Assembly: GCA_002269645.1 (NCBI GenBank)
Contig: NIVC01000135.1
Span: forward strand, 62,001-126,000
Length of the DNA: 64,000 bases
DNA from: Macrostomum lignano
Taxonomy: Eukaryota
Direction: 5' to 3'
A program made the translations under genes and the position numbers. The notes below the pieces were generated by a model that worked only from the letters and a program-made list of their open reading frames with translations, ran no database searches and was not told where the DNA came from. Below, one piece after another: positions 47,222 through 58,494 of this stretch. How positions within the stretch are numbered: position 1 is the stretch's first letter; the number at the start of each line of letters is the position of its first letter.

Positions 47222-47960
47222 TGCAATTCCTCAGATTGGGGGTTCAGATTCCTCAGATTGGGGGTTCAGATTCCTCTGGTTGGGGGTTCAGATTCCTCTG
47301 GTTGGGGGTTCAGATTCCTCAGATTGGGGGTTCAGATTCCTCAGATTGGGGGTTCAGATTCCTCAGATTGGGGGTTCAGATTCCTCAGATTGGGGTTCAG
47401 ATTCCTCAGATTGGGGGTTCAGATTCCTCTGGTTGGGGGTTCAGATTCCTCTGGTTGGGGGTTCAGATTCCTCAGGTAGGGTTCAGATTCCTCAGATTGG
47501 GGGTTCAGATTCCTCTGGTTGGGGGTTCAGATTCCTCTTCTTGGGGGTTCAGATTCCTCAGATTGGGGGTTCAGATTCCTCAGGTAGGGTTCAGATTCCT
47601 CTGGTTGGGGGTTCAGATTCCTCAGGTTGGGGTTCAGATTCCTCTGGTTGGGGGTTCAGATTCCTCTGGTTGGGGGTTCAGATTCCTCTGGTTGGGGGTT
47701 CAGATTCCTCAGGTTGGGGGTTCAGATTCCTCAGATTGGGGGTTCAGATTCCTCTGGTTGGGGGTTCAGATTCCTCAGGTTGGGGGTTCAGATTCTTCAG
47801 ATTGGGGGTTCAGATTCCTCAGGTAGGGTTCAGATTCCTCTGGTTGGGGGTTCAGATTCCTCAGGTTGGGGTTCAGATTCCTCAAGTTGGGTTCAGATTC
47901 CTCAAGTTGGGTTCAGATTCCTCAGGTTGGGGGTTCAGATTCCTCATGTGGGGGGTCAGA
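47222..47960 (+). repeat. ~22-bp minisatellite GGGGGTTCAGATTCCTCAGATT
   Basis: About 33 variable copies. Confidence 0.93.
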
Positions 47961-48170
47961 TTCCTTTTGTAGGGTTCAGTTTCCTCCAGGTCTTACATTC
48001 CTCAGACGAGGCTAAAATTTTTCAGGTCTTCTGATGTAACAGATTCCTCATCTGACGGGAGCAACAGATTTAAATCTTGATAATTTCGCTGTCAAGTCGG
48101 CTCACTTGGGCGATGTTGGCGGTGTCAACATTATCCGATTCTTCCCCGCTCAGCAGCTGATTCATCGCAG

Positions 48171-48386
48171 TGTGGACTAAGGCAGAGAGATACAACTGAG
48201 AGTTGACGAAGCCTCTTGGCGTTTATTAGATCGATACGCAGGTTAAATACGATACAACGATTGTTACATAACTGGGTATAAAAGATAGAGACAGGGGTGG
48301 GTGAAAAGCACGAACATGCTGTACAATAGCAACCCCCACCCCGCTCTAGCGACTGGCGCATACAAGTACACTTGCAACTCACTACA
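48171..48386 (-). repeat. 3' LTR
   Basis: 214/216 identical to 52675-52890. Confidence 0.95.
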
Positions 48387-48542
48387 ATCCTCCCCGGCGA
48401 AAAAGATCAATAACATTCGAACGAATAATTCGAAGGAAACATAAGAACAGTAAAACATTCGAAACAATATTGGTATAAAGAATTTCTCGCTTTCAAATAA
48501 TTCGCAACAGTCAGTAGAACAGTCACTGAGTCAATCAAAAAT

Positions 48543-51500
48543 TCAACCGGCCACATAGCGATCCACCGGCATCCGCCTACGCATCGGGTAGCGTCTCAGG
48601 GGCAGCTCCTCGTCCGCCTCATCGCCGCCGTGCGCCGCGTGCGCAAAGGGCGGCTGCAGGAAGCGCTCTCCGTCAGGGACTGGCAGGATCCGCGGCCGCA
48701 GACGATTCACATTCACCCTGCGGGTCCGGCCGTTCTCGATCTTTCGAATTTCGACTACCAGATCCCGCTGCGACAGCACCTGCCAGCCCGGCTCCCAGTA
48801 CGGCGCCAGCTTGGAACCCCTCAGCTCGATGCGCAGCAGGACCTCGTCTCCAGGACTGAACGTGCGCAGCTGCCGACCTGTACTGCGGTCGACCTGTCGT
48901 AGCCGCTCTTTTGCTCGCCAGCGGCCTGCACCAGATGCTCCTCGACAAACTCTCGAATTCGCAGCAGGTCGCCCTCGAGCTTGTCGGCGTAGGTGCGCAC
49001 GTCATAGAATCGCCTGGACTGCTGGCTGATGACCGGCAGGCTCGGATCGCGCCCGGTAAACACCTTCAGTGGCGGCAGCTGTGTTGAGCAGTGCACCCGG
49101 GAATTGTAGGACAGCAGGATCAGTGGCAGCTTGTCCTCCCACTCGCTCTCTCGCTCGGTGAAACACCTGAGTAACTGCAGCACTGACTTGTTGCCTGACT
49201 CTGCTAATCCGTTGCCTTTGGGATTGTAAGCCGTTGTTCTTGTCTTCGTGACTCCCAGGCCTCGCAGAGTGTCTTGAAAAAGCTGAGACTCGAAATTCGG
49301 TCCTTGATCGGAGTGGATGACTCGGGGAAGTCCAGTCTGGGAGCAGATGGAGAGGAAGGCGCGAGCAGTAGTCTCAGCAGTCTGGTCAGGAATCGCCACG
49401 GCCGTCAGGTACTTGGAAAACTGATCCTGAGCCACCAGCAGGTATTTGTTGCCGCGCGATGATGGCGCCACCTTGACGATGTCGATAGCCACAGAATCCC
49501 ACGGCGAGCCGATTGGCAGTTCTCCGAGTGGCGCGCTGGTCCGCGAGCCCGCTTTCTTCTCCTGACAGACAGAACAACTCTGGCAGTGTTGCACGATGTC
49601 TTCAGCCATGCCGGGCCAGTAGGCGGTCAGTTTCAGTGTGCGGTAGCATTTCTCGGCTCCGAAATGACCTCCCAGACCTTCGTGAGCGTTGGTCAAAAAC
49701 TGTTGTCGAAGCCGCGCTGGCACCACTGGAACCTCCCGCAGGCCGTCCGGGTCATTGAACTTGCGCAGTAGAACACCGTCATCATCCAGCTTCAGCTTCT
49801 TCCAGATTCTGCCGAGTTGCTGCAGTGGTCCTGTTCGCCATCTGGGTGCAATTTCTGCGTCCTTGTCCATCGCCTGAATCACCTGGCTGAGCTCCGGGTC
49901 ATGTCGCTGCGCAGTTTTGAGCTCTTCAGTGTCGATTTCCGGAGTCAGCTGCGTAGCTGCGACTTCTTGGCCGTGCAGTCTGGACAGCGCGTCAGCATCT
50001 GTGTTCTCAACGCCTCTTCGGTACTTGACGGTGAAGTCGAACTCTTGAAGCAGCAGACGCCATCGTCCTAGCCTGCCGTAGCTGTCAACTCTCTATGAAT
50101 CGATGTAGGTGAGCGGGCAGTGATCCGTGTGCACCGTGAAATGCTTGCCGAGAAGATAGTGGCGAAAAACTTTGAATGCGTGCAGGATGGCCAGGCATTC
50201 CTTTTCTGTTGCAGAGTATTTCTTCTCAGCTGAATTGAATGCGCGGCTTGAGAACTCGATCACCGCCTCGCCTTGCTTCAGAATTGCACCGACTCCGCTG
50301 CCACTGGCATCCGTGAAGACTGAGAACTCCTTAGTGAAATCCGGGTTCACCAGGATCGGAGGACTAATTAGGCACCTTTTGAGCTCGTCGAAGGCCGTCT
50401 GGCATTCCGAAGTCCAGTCAAATGGGACGCCCTTGCCAGTCAGATTGTGCAGCGGTGCGGCGATGGCAGCGAAGTTGGCTACATGGCGTCGGTATTGGTT
50501 GCACAGGCCGATGAACTGACGCACCTCCTTGGCTGACCTCGGCTCTCTCCACTGCTGAATTGCCTCCAGCTTCTCCTGGCTGGGCTGGGCACCATCCTTT
50601 GAATACCGTGTGCCGAGAAAGGTCACTTCGGGTACCGCGATCTTGCACTTGGAGCCTCTTAATGTCAGTCCGGCTGCTCGAAGTCGCTCGAAGGTCTCTC
50701 GAAGTTGCCGCAGATGATCCGACTTGGTCTTTGAGAAGCAGAGGCTGTCATCGAAGAACGTGAAGACGAAATCGCAGCCGTTGAAAACTTTTGACATTAG
50801 CATGCAGAATGTACTTGGGCCCCCCGACAGACCTTGGGGCATTCTCTTAAATTGGTATAGTGGCATCCCTGGTCCCGGACAGAAAGCAGTTTTTAGCTTG
50901 TCTTCTTCTGCCATCGGAATTTGAAAATAGCCTCCATTGAGATCCAACACAGAGAACACTGAACTGCCTGCGATTCGATCTCTTGCCTCCTCCATCAACG
51001 GAATTCCCTGTGCAGAGCGAATAGTCTTCTTGTTGATCTCTCGATAGTCTATGGTCAGGCGGAGACTGCCATCCTTCTTTGTCACGTACACCGGTGGGGC
51101 CACGTACGGACTTTCGCTCAGCTCTATCACGTCGTTCTCCAGCAGTTCCTGAATCAGCTGCTCTACCTTCTCCCGGTAATGCACAGGCATTCGGCGCGGT
51201 GGCACTCGGACAGGAACTTCATCCGAGAGAACAATTCGGTGCTGTTGCAGATGAGTTAGTCCCGGCTTTTTCTTGAACAAGTCTTTGAACTCCACCAGCA
51301 GCCGTTGTACATCAGGGTCGTCGGTAGTCGGCAACTCGAACTCTTCACAGCTGAACTCGGTGACGATTGCGTCTTCGATGTCAACGGTATCGTCGGTGTC
51401 AGCCTGGAATCTGGTGCTTCAGACTTGGCCGGCTTCTTGTGAAGATCCTGTGAAGTCCAGTTGCAAATTATGCTTGCCGATGAAGTCGACTCCAACAATG

Positions 51501-51889
51501 ACAGGGCAGACCAAACCTGACACAACGAAAAACAATTGCCGGGCTGTCACTCCACCGACTGTAAGTGGCAATTCGATTTGCCGTTCTATGCTAATTGGCT
51601 GCTTGTTCACTGAATGAAGTTGCACTCTGGCTGCAGTTGCCTGTCTGAGCTGGGATTTTGTCAGGATGCTGGACTCAACTAGTGAGCACTGGCTTCCGGT
51701 GTCTAACAGCGCCTTCACACTTCTGCCATCAAGCTTGCACTCACACTGCGATAGTCGGTCGGGCGCGACGCTGCATCCGTCGAAGATCTCGCCGACTGTG
51801 AGCGCCGGCCTTGAAGCCGCTGCTGCTGGGCCCGCAGTTACTGCTGGCCGGGGTTGCGGGCCCGCACACCCCAGCCTCTGGCGTTTCCC
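48543..51889 (-). pseudogene. Gypsy pol (PR-RT-RH-IN) with 2 premature stops and a frameshift
   Basis: Motifs LLDTGS, FFDD, TDASG, KECLA, TDH, H..H..C..C, IDIV, SDQG and LAESGN. In-frame TGA at 51421-51419 and TAG at 50095-50093; a small insertion near 48890. Confidence 0.9.
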
Positions 51890-52647
51890 GGCTGTCGCCT
51901 GCTGTAGCAATCTCTGGCAATGTGGCCGGCCTTGTGGCAGTTGTAGCAGATGATGTCAGACTTCGAACGGTGCTGCGGTCTCGTTGTGCTGCTCGTCCTC
52001 ACTCCACAGGCTGCCAGCTGCTGCAGCTGGGAACTCAGGGTGCTCACCGATGCCTGCAGACTCTGCACAGTGTCCCGCAGCTCCTGAACTTCGCTGGATT
52101 GGCTCGACTGAGGTTGCACCGCTGCTGCTGGGATGCTTGGCGAGCTGTGCTGCATCAGTAGCTGGGCCTTTTGAAGCGCTTGCTCTGAGGTCTTAACGCT
52201 GGAGTCCGCGCGAATCTGCCAGCTCACGGATTCGGGAAGGCCACAGACGAACTGATGGAACAGCAGAGCCTCTTGAGCATCTTTGTTGTCCACGGAGGAG
52301 CTTTTGAGCATCTTCTTTAACTCATAAAGATACATGCGTGGAGTCTCATTTGACAAAATCTTCCTTGATTTGAACGCCTCCATGACGGCGAAGTGCTCGC
52401 GGTTCGGGTGGAATGCATCATCCAATGCCTGGACTACTTTGTCGTAGTCTGCCTGATCTCCTGCCGACAGTTCCAAATAAACGACGAGAGCCTCGCCATC
52501 CAAAAATGTGGCCAGTCGCTCCGCTTTGCACGTGTCCCACTTGTTGACTTTTGCGCATACATTGAAACGCTGCAGCCATTCCTTAAAGTTGCCGGTACTG
52601 AAAACTCTGGGCAGCGCTGCACTGGCGGTCAAACCTTTCTCAGCCAT
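51838..52647 (-). CDS. Gypsy gag with CCHC zinc knuckle
   Basis: ATG lies just after the PBS. Motifs WLQRFNVCAKVNKW and CYNCHKAGHIARDC. Confidence 0.9.
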   Translation of the reverse strand: MAEKGLTASAALPRVFSTGNFKEWLQRFNVCAKVNKWDTCKAERLATFLDGEALVVYLELSAGDQADYDKVVQALDDAFHPNREHFAVMEAFKSRKILSNETPRMYLYELKKMLKSSSVDNKDAQEALLFHQFVCGLPESVSWQIRADSSVKTSEQALQKAQLLMQHSSPSIPAAAVQPQSSQSSEVQELRDTVQSLQASVSTLSSQLQQLAACGVRTSSTTRPQHRSKSDIICYNCHKAGHIARDCYSRRQPGNARGWGVRARNPGQQ

Positions 52648-52661
52648 TCTAGAATAATTTG

Positions 52662-52672
52662 CTCTGCTACCA
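52662..52672 (-). promoter_or_regulatory. Primer binding site complementary to initiator tRNA-Met
   Basis: TGGTAGCAGAG lies 2 nt after the 5' LTR and matches the 3' end (CUCUGCUACCA) of animal tRNAi-Met. Confidence 0.8.
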
Positions 52673-52674
52673 GT

Positions 52675-52890
52675 TGTGGACTAAGGCAGAGAGATACAAC
52701 TGAGAGTTGACGAAGCCTCTTGGTGTTTATTAGATCGATACGCATGTTAAATACGATACAACGATTGTTACATAACTGGGTATAAAAGATAGAGACAGGG
52801 GTGGGTGAAAAGCACGAACATGCTGTACAATAGCAACCCCCACCCCGCTCTAGCGACTGGCGCATACAAGTACACTTGCAACTCACTACA
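52675..52890 (-). repeat. 5' LTR
   Basis: TGTAGT...CCACA, followed by the PBS. Confidence 0.95.
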
Positions 52891-53893
52891 GCAGCATCTG
52901 CTTCGTCCCCTTCTGCATCATCTGGGACTTCGGCGTCGCCTGGCTGTGGTGGAGCAGCTTGAAGCCGCTCAATAAGCTCTTGCTTGTTTCCCGAAACCGG
53001 TAGGCCATTGTCTCTTAGGGCCGCTCGCAGTTGGGCTACTGTTAACCGGTCGAGATCAGACATGGCGCCAGATGAAAAATCTTAGAGCTAAAAAAATTGA
53101 GCTCACGCAGGCAGCCAAAAAATGACAAGTCGCCTGTACTTCACAAATGCACAGTTGCTCGAATGACCAAATCGCATGACCACACTCACCTAGGCTCACT
53201 TTACAGGGCTGCGTCAGCATCTGGGTTCCCCCAACACTAACCGCGTGCACACGACATTGGTGGGAGGGGCGGGAATCCCTCGCCGGATGTACACTCGCTG
53301 GAGGCCCACCCTGCTGGATGTACACTCGCTGGAGGCCCACCCCGCTGGAGGTACACTCGCTGGAGGCCCACCCTGCTGGAGGTACACTCGCTGGACGCCC
53401 ACCCTGCCAGATGTACACTTGCTGGAGGCCCACCCCGCTGGAGGTACCCCTGGACCCCGCTGGAGGTACACCCCTGGGGAGGTGGTACACCCCGAGGGAG
53501 CACCTTGCCGGCCGCGTCGGTGCTAGAGGCCGACATCAGCCCGACGGACCTTCGCGAAACGACCCTATCTGCCAGTTTATAGTAGTTTTGTCAAAGAGAA
53601 AAAAAAAGTAATATTTTATTTGTTATTGAGTATTTATGGAAATTAGCTCGTATTATAGTTTCAGAAATCAATTTTTTTCTTTAAAAAAAAGGTTTATTTA
53701 ATTTTATTTTTAACAGAAAATTTTTTTTGTCCTCCTGCCGCCTCCTTTCTGCCGCCTCTGCCGCCGCGTCCGCCCGTGGTGCTCGTGAGTCCTTGTCGTT
53801 ACTCCTGAAATGTTGGTTTACTAAAAGATTATACATTCTGTAACATAATATATGATTACATCATAATTGCTATAAGCTAAAGCTGATGTCTTG

Positions 53894-56320
53894 CTAATTG
53901 GGAGTCTGCTTTTGGGGTTTGTTTGCCTCATAAAAAAAGAAATACAAACTGAATATGTCAGTTTCAAGGTGCCGGGTTGAATCACTCATAATGACCAATG
54001 GGTTTGTATTTTGCGTTTTTTCGAAAGTCCGGTACCCTGGGCCAATCGGAGAGACTGACAAGTATGGACTTTCCGCAAGGCACGCGTTGCCCCCCTTCCA
54101 GAGACCTGCGAGAATGCCAGAAAACAACTCGTAGTTGCACAGCGCGTATTTAAGTTGCGGGTTTACCTTGCGCTTCCGCTTGGCAGCCAGGGCCTCCCTC
54201 GCCGGCTGCGTTTGCAGCCGCCGCCTCTCCCTCTGCGTCAGCGGCGGCGGCGGCGGCGGCGGGGGTGTCGGCGACGGTGGCGGAGATGCCGGCGGCGGCG
54301 GCGGCGGGGGTGTCGGCGGCGGTGGCGGAGATGCCGGCGGCGGCGGCGGGGGTGTCGGCGGCGGTGGCTGCTGCGGCTGTTGCGGCTGCTGCGGCTGCTG
54401 CGGCTGCTGCGGCTGCTGCGGCTGGTGCGGCTGCTGCGGCTGCTGCGGCTGCTGCGGCTGCTGCGGCTGGTGCGGCTGCTGCGGCTGCTGCGGCTGCTGC
54501 AGCTGCTGCGGCTGCTGCGGCTGGTGCGGCTGCTGCGGCTGCTGCGGCTGGTGCGGCTGCTGCGGCTGCTGCGGCTGCTGCGGCTGCTGCGGCTGGTGCG
54601 GCTGGTGCGGCTGCTGCGGCTGCTGCGGCTGGTGCGGCTGGTGCGGCTGGTGCGGCTGCTGCGGCTGCTGCGGCTGCTGCGGCTGGTGCGGCTGGTGCGG
54701 CTGCTGCGGCTGCTGCGGCTGCTGCGGCTGCTGCGGCTGCTGCGGCTGGTGCGGCTGTTGCGGCTGCTGCGGCTGCTGCGGCTGCTGCGGCTGCTGCGGC
54801 TGCTGCGGCTGCTGCGGCTGCTGCGGCTGCTGCGGCTGCTGCGGCTGCTGCGGCTGGTGCGGCTGTTGCGGCTGCTGCGGCTGCTGCGGCTGCTGCGGCT
54901 GCTGCGGCTGCTGCGGCTGCTGCGGCTGTTGCGGCTGCTGCGGCTGCTGCGGCTGCTGCGGCTGGTGCGGCTGTTGCGGCTGCTGCGGCTGCTGCGGCTG
55001 CTGCGGCTGCTGCGGCTGCTGCGGCTGTTGCGGCTGCTGCGGCTGCTGCGGCTGGTGCGGCTCTTGCGGCTGGTGCGGCTGCTGCGGCTGCTGCAGCTGC
55101 TGCGGCTGCTGCGGCTGCTGCGGCTGGTGCGGCTGCTGCGGCTGCTGCGGCTGGTGCGGCTGCTGCGGCTGCTGCGGCTGCTGCGGCTGCTGCGGCTGCT
55201 GCGGCTGGTGCGGCTGTTGCGGCTGCTGCGGCTGCTGCGGCTGCTGCGGCTGCTGCGGCTGGTGCGGCTGCTGCGGCTGCTGCGGCTGCTGCGGCTGCTG
55301 CGGCTGCTGCGGCTGCTGCGGCTGGTGCGGCTGCTGCGGCTGCTGCGGCTGCTGCGGCTGCTGCGGCTGCTGCGGCTGCTGCGGCTGCTGCGGCTGTTGC
55401 GGCTGCTGCGGCTGCTGCGGCTGCTGCGGCTGCTGCGGCTGCTGCGGCTGGTGCGGCTGTTGCGGCTGGTGCGGCTGGTGCGGCTGGTGCGGCTGCTGCG
55501 GCTGCTGCGGCTGCTGCGGCTGCTGCGGCTGCTGCGGCTGCTGCGGCTGGTGCGGCTGTTGCGGCTGCTGCGGCTGCTGCGGCTGCTGCGGCTGCTGCGG
55601 CTGCTGCGGCTGCTGCGGCTGCTGCGGCTGCTGCGGCTGCTGCGGCTGCGGGGCGAGCGACCCCTGCACGATGGCCGGCAGGTTACGCAGGTCGCCCCCC
55701 CGCAGCTCCACCCCGTGGGTCCAAAGAACGCAGCCGCCGCCCACGCGCCAGTACATCCTCTGGAGTAAAATGAAATGGGATGGGTGGGATACAGCTCTCA
55801 GGTCAGCAAGAGAGCGAGAGTGGGAGAGCGAAAGCGAGAGTGATAGCGAGAGAGCGAGAGCGTGAGAGCGAAAGCGAGAGAGAGAGCAAGAGAGCGAGAG
55901 CGTGAGAGCGAGAGCGAGAGTGAGAGCAAGAGAGAGAGAGCGTGAGAGCGAGAGCGAGAGTGAGAGCAAGAGAGAGAGAGCGTGAGAGCGAGAGCGAGAG
56001 TGAGAGCAAGAGCGAGAGAGGGAGAGCAAGTGGCAAGGAAAGGGAAATAATAACATAGGATGAGTACTTACTGCGTGCCCGCCAGAATATTGGTACGTCT
56101 GCGCGGCGTGCCGACGGCCGCCTGCAGCACCTCCGACGCCCAGAAGACATGGGCACAACCGATCCCGCACCTGTGCGGGTCGGCCCTGCATGTTTACCCA
56201 GATGGCAAATTTGCCATCTGGGCAAACAAACTGAGTACCGACAGGTGCGGGCTCGATTGTGACAGCACCCATGCCTTCTGGGCCTGCTTGCATGTAATCT
56301 TCGACCTTCATTTCGCTCAT
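53894..56320 (-). CDS. Putative (Pro-Gln-Gln)n / poly-Pro protein of unknown function
   Basis: ATG at 56320. A likely phase-0 intron 56071-55760 (GCA|GTAAGT..CCAG|AGG) removes a (CTCTCG)n tract. The basic motif RERRR..AAKRKRK follows the repeat. The 3' end is uncertain. Confidence 0.4.
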   Translation of the reverse strand: MSEMKVEDYMQAGPEGMGAVTIEPAPVGTQFVCPDGKFAIWVNMQGRPAQVRDRLCPCLLGVGGAAGGRRHAAQTYQYSGGHAVSTHPMLLFPFPCHLLSLSRSCSHSRSRSHALSLLLSLSLSLSRSLSLALTLALALTLSLSCSLSRFRSHALALSLSLSLSLSHSRSLADLRAVSHPSHFILLQRMYWRVGGGCVLWTHGVELRGGDLRNLPAIVQGSLAPQPQQPQQPQQPQQPQQPQQPQQPQQPQQPQQPHQPQQPQQPQQPQQPQQPQQPHQPHQPHQPQQPHQPQQPQQPQQPQQPQQPQQPQQPQQPQQPQQPQQPQQPQQPHQPQQPQQPQQPQQPQQPQQPHQPQQPQQPQQPQQPQQPHQPQQPQQPQQPQQPQQPHQPQQPQQPHQPQQPQQPQQLQQPQQPHQPQEPHQPQQPQQPQQPQQPQQPQQPQQPQQPQQPHQPQQPQQPQQPQQPQQPQQPQQPQQPQQPQQPQQPHQPQQPQQPQQPQQPQQPQQPQQPQQPQQPQQPQQPHQPQQPQQPQQPQQPQQPHQPHQPQQPQQPQQPHQPHQPHQPQQPQQPHQPHQPQQPQQPQQPQQPHQPQQPQQPHQPQQPQQLQQPQQPQQPHQPQQPQQPQQPQQPHQPQQPQQPQQPQQPQQPQQPPPPTPPPPPPASPPPPPTPPPPPPPASPPPSPTPPPPPPPPLTQRERRRLQTQPAREALAAKRKRKVNPQLKYALCNYELFSGILAGLWKGGNACLAESPYLSVSPIGPGYRTFEKTQNTNPLVIMSDSTRHLETDIFSLYFFFYEANKPQKQTPN
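54366..55648 (+). repeat. 9-bp compound microsatellite (GCTGCGGCT)n
   Basis: About 140 copies, with GGT and GTT variants. Confidence 0.97.
55805..56025 (+). repeat. (GAGAGC)n-type microsatellite
   Basis: Imperfect hexamer tract lying inside the predicted intron. Confidence 0.85.
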
Positions 56321-58494
56321 AGATCGGTTGCTGCTGCTGCAAAGTTTGGATTTGGATTTGAATTTGGCTAACCGAATTCACACAGAAGTTCGAAGCTCGA
56401 AAAGCTGAAATGCCATAGATGATTTGCCACTTAGCCTTCGTGATAAGATATTCATTGGTTTAATAAGCAGCTTCGGCTACTACAAGTAGCAATAAAGAAA
56501 CCTACTAGTACTCCCAAAACACAAACTACACACAAAATAAACGTTTACAAAAAGGAGTATTGTGATAAATACAATATGAATATATATTGCATGCACGATA
56601 AGCAATTTTTAGGCCCTAGACAAACCTATTTTTGGAGCGTCAGAGATTTTAAAGCTATTGGCCCTAATTGCCTATCGCCGGTCGGCGAGTTCTACCAGTC
56701 TTTCTCCAATAGTCACAGCACGGTACAAGAAAAGGAAGAACGCAGATGAACACGAACCGAATAGATTTAGAGAGTGATAATCCTATGTGATACAGACTGA
56801 TAATTGGCTAGACGATTTAATTTGATTACTTCAAGTTACAAGCTTCAATGCAACTCGCGGCGCAGATAATTTCGAACTGATAATAGCGGAAAATGATAAC
56901 GAGACAACGATTAATAATAATAACTTAGTTACGCAATGGCAAGCAGATCTCAGCTGAAGAAGAAAAACCGAACAGGACCACGGAGAAGACTCCTAACCCC
57001 TGGCCTAAACCAGAACCTACACTCAAACGAGAGCCCTGTCGAATTGACCGTTTAACGGAGCACTGACTAAATTCTATCAGCGCTGCCCTTCAGTGTGACA
57101 CTGAGGCCCTCTGGGTCGAGGCCACGTACTTGGTCAAATCCGACAGTCTCTAACTAGACCGCGCTTAATAGCGACGACTGCAGACAGGAAATTGCCGTAT
57201 CGTTACGCTACAAGACTGAAGCGGTCGGGCAAGGGAACAAAAATATGGACCGGGGTGATGAACTCAGGCGCCTCAAAGCGCGAACCAAAGAGAGATCGGC
57301 AAACGGCCGGGAAGCCGGGACAAAAAAAATAGAAGAGAAGAGAAGGGAAGGGAAGGTGAGATCTGCTTGCCAAACACACTTTCATATATAGTCAGAGTCA
57401 AACCCCTCAAAACCACCCCTCAAGCCGGGTGGTGGTCGTCTGGCCGGCCGCTTGCTTAAGCCGAATTGCGCTGTGCCCGCGGCGCCGGGTAGAACTGGAA
57501 CTTGCCGCGTGCCAGGGTCCAGGCCGGTTCTGATTGGCTGGCCGCGCAAAGCCGGGGTTCGCAGAGAAACTCAACCCTCCGCTGAGTCACAGTTGGCGTC
57601 TGACTTCTAGCCTGTTTACGCAAAATAAACCCTAACTAACAAGAAAAAAGTACATTGAAAACGCATGACTAAACTAAAGCAAAATAATATATCAATAACA
57701 ATATAAAAACTAATACAATCAATTAACTAACAAAATACAACGCAAAAGATGCTCACACTACAGTATACTTTTTTGTTTTTTAAACAGAGTATAACAGAGA
57801 CGCAGCGCCAAAAGAGAAAGGGCGCAAAAGGAGACAACGCCTCATTGACTTAATTCAACTCACAATCGACGTGCTTTTACGTGCGAAAACATTTTTAACC
57901 TCCATTTTACGCCTCCATTTTTTAAACAACTAGAAAGTAATTGTATAACACAGATAAACATTTCGGCAGCCAGAGTCAAAATCAAGTAAAATTCAACATC
58001 GCACTTGGAGCAAAACTTATTATTTATTATTATTGAAAATTTCTGGGTGCTGATTTTTTTATATTTTTCGATAAATGGTTCACGAAAACATATATTGGAC
58101 TGCCGAGAAAACAATTGGACGACCGATCCAATTCTGGAGTCTTTACAGTAGAAACTCGAATACTTGAGTTTCGATTTTGCACGACAAAAAGTCCAAAAAC
58201 CTTTTCTGGACGACCTTCTGGCGCGCTGGGACCGGCGCCATTCGACTCGGGTTGCCGAAATCTATAAGAACATCTTGTTCGCATAGCGTGAAAGCCACTC
58301 TGCAAAAATGCCAAATTGCCGACTGCAAATTGTAATCCAGGTCCACTTCTCAAATTCACGCCAGACCAAGCTGCTCATGGTAAAGATTCTGCAAGTAGTC
58401 AGGTGCTCCCGCAACCTCCAACTAATCAAAACTACCCGAGCCGCTGAGCAGTTTAGCATTGCACTGAGAGCTAAACTGGACTAGCTCTTTTTAC

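Larger units (their letters stand above)
48171..52890 (-). mobile_element. Full-length Ty3/Gypsy LTR retrotransposon
   Basis: 216-bp TG..CA LTRs with 2 mismatches; 4-bp TSD GCAG; PBS; PPT GGGGAGGA at about 48388-48395; gene order gag-PR-RT-RH-IN. Confidence 0.96.
47994..53600 (-). repeat. Right arm of the inverted duplication (47994-48170 plus 52891-53600), interrupted by the Gypsy element
   Basis: Encodes the identical SAP peptide MSDLDRLTVAQ...EADA and has fewer copies of the 31-bp repeat than the left arm. Confidence 0.9.

Noticed and set aside
47206-48034. ORFs with GVQIP / WGFRFL repeats
   Set aside because: Translations of the 22-bp minisatellite.
56900-57610. GC-rich promoter- or LTR-like stretch with a CCAAT box
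   Set aside because: No boundaries or associated ORF could be supported.
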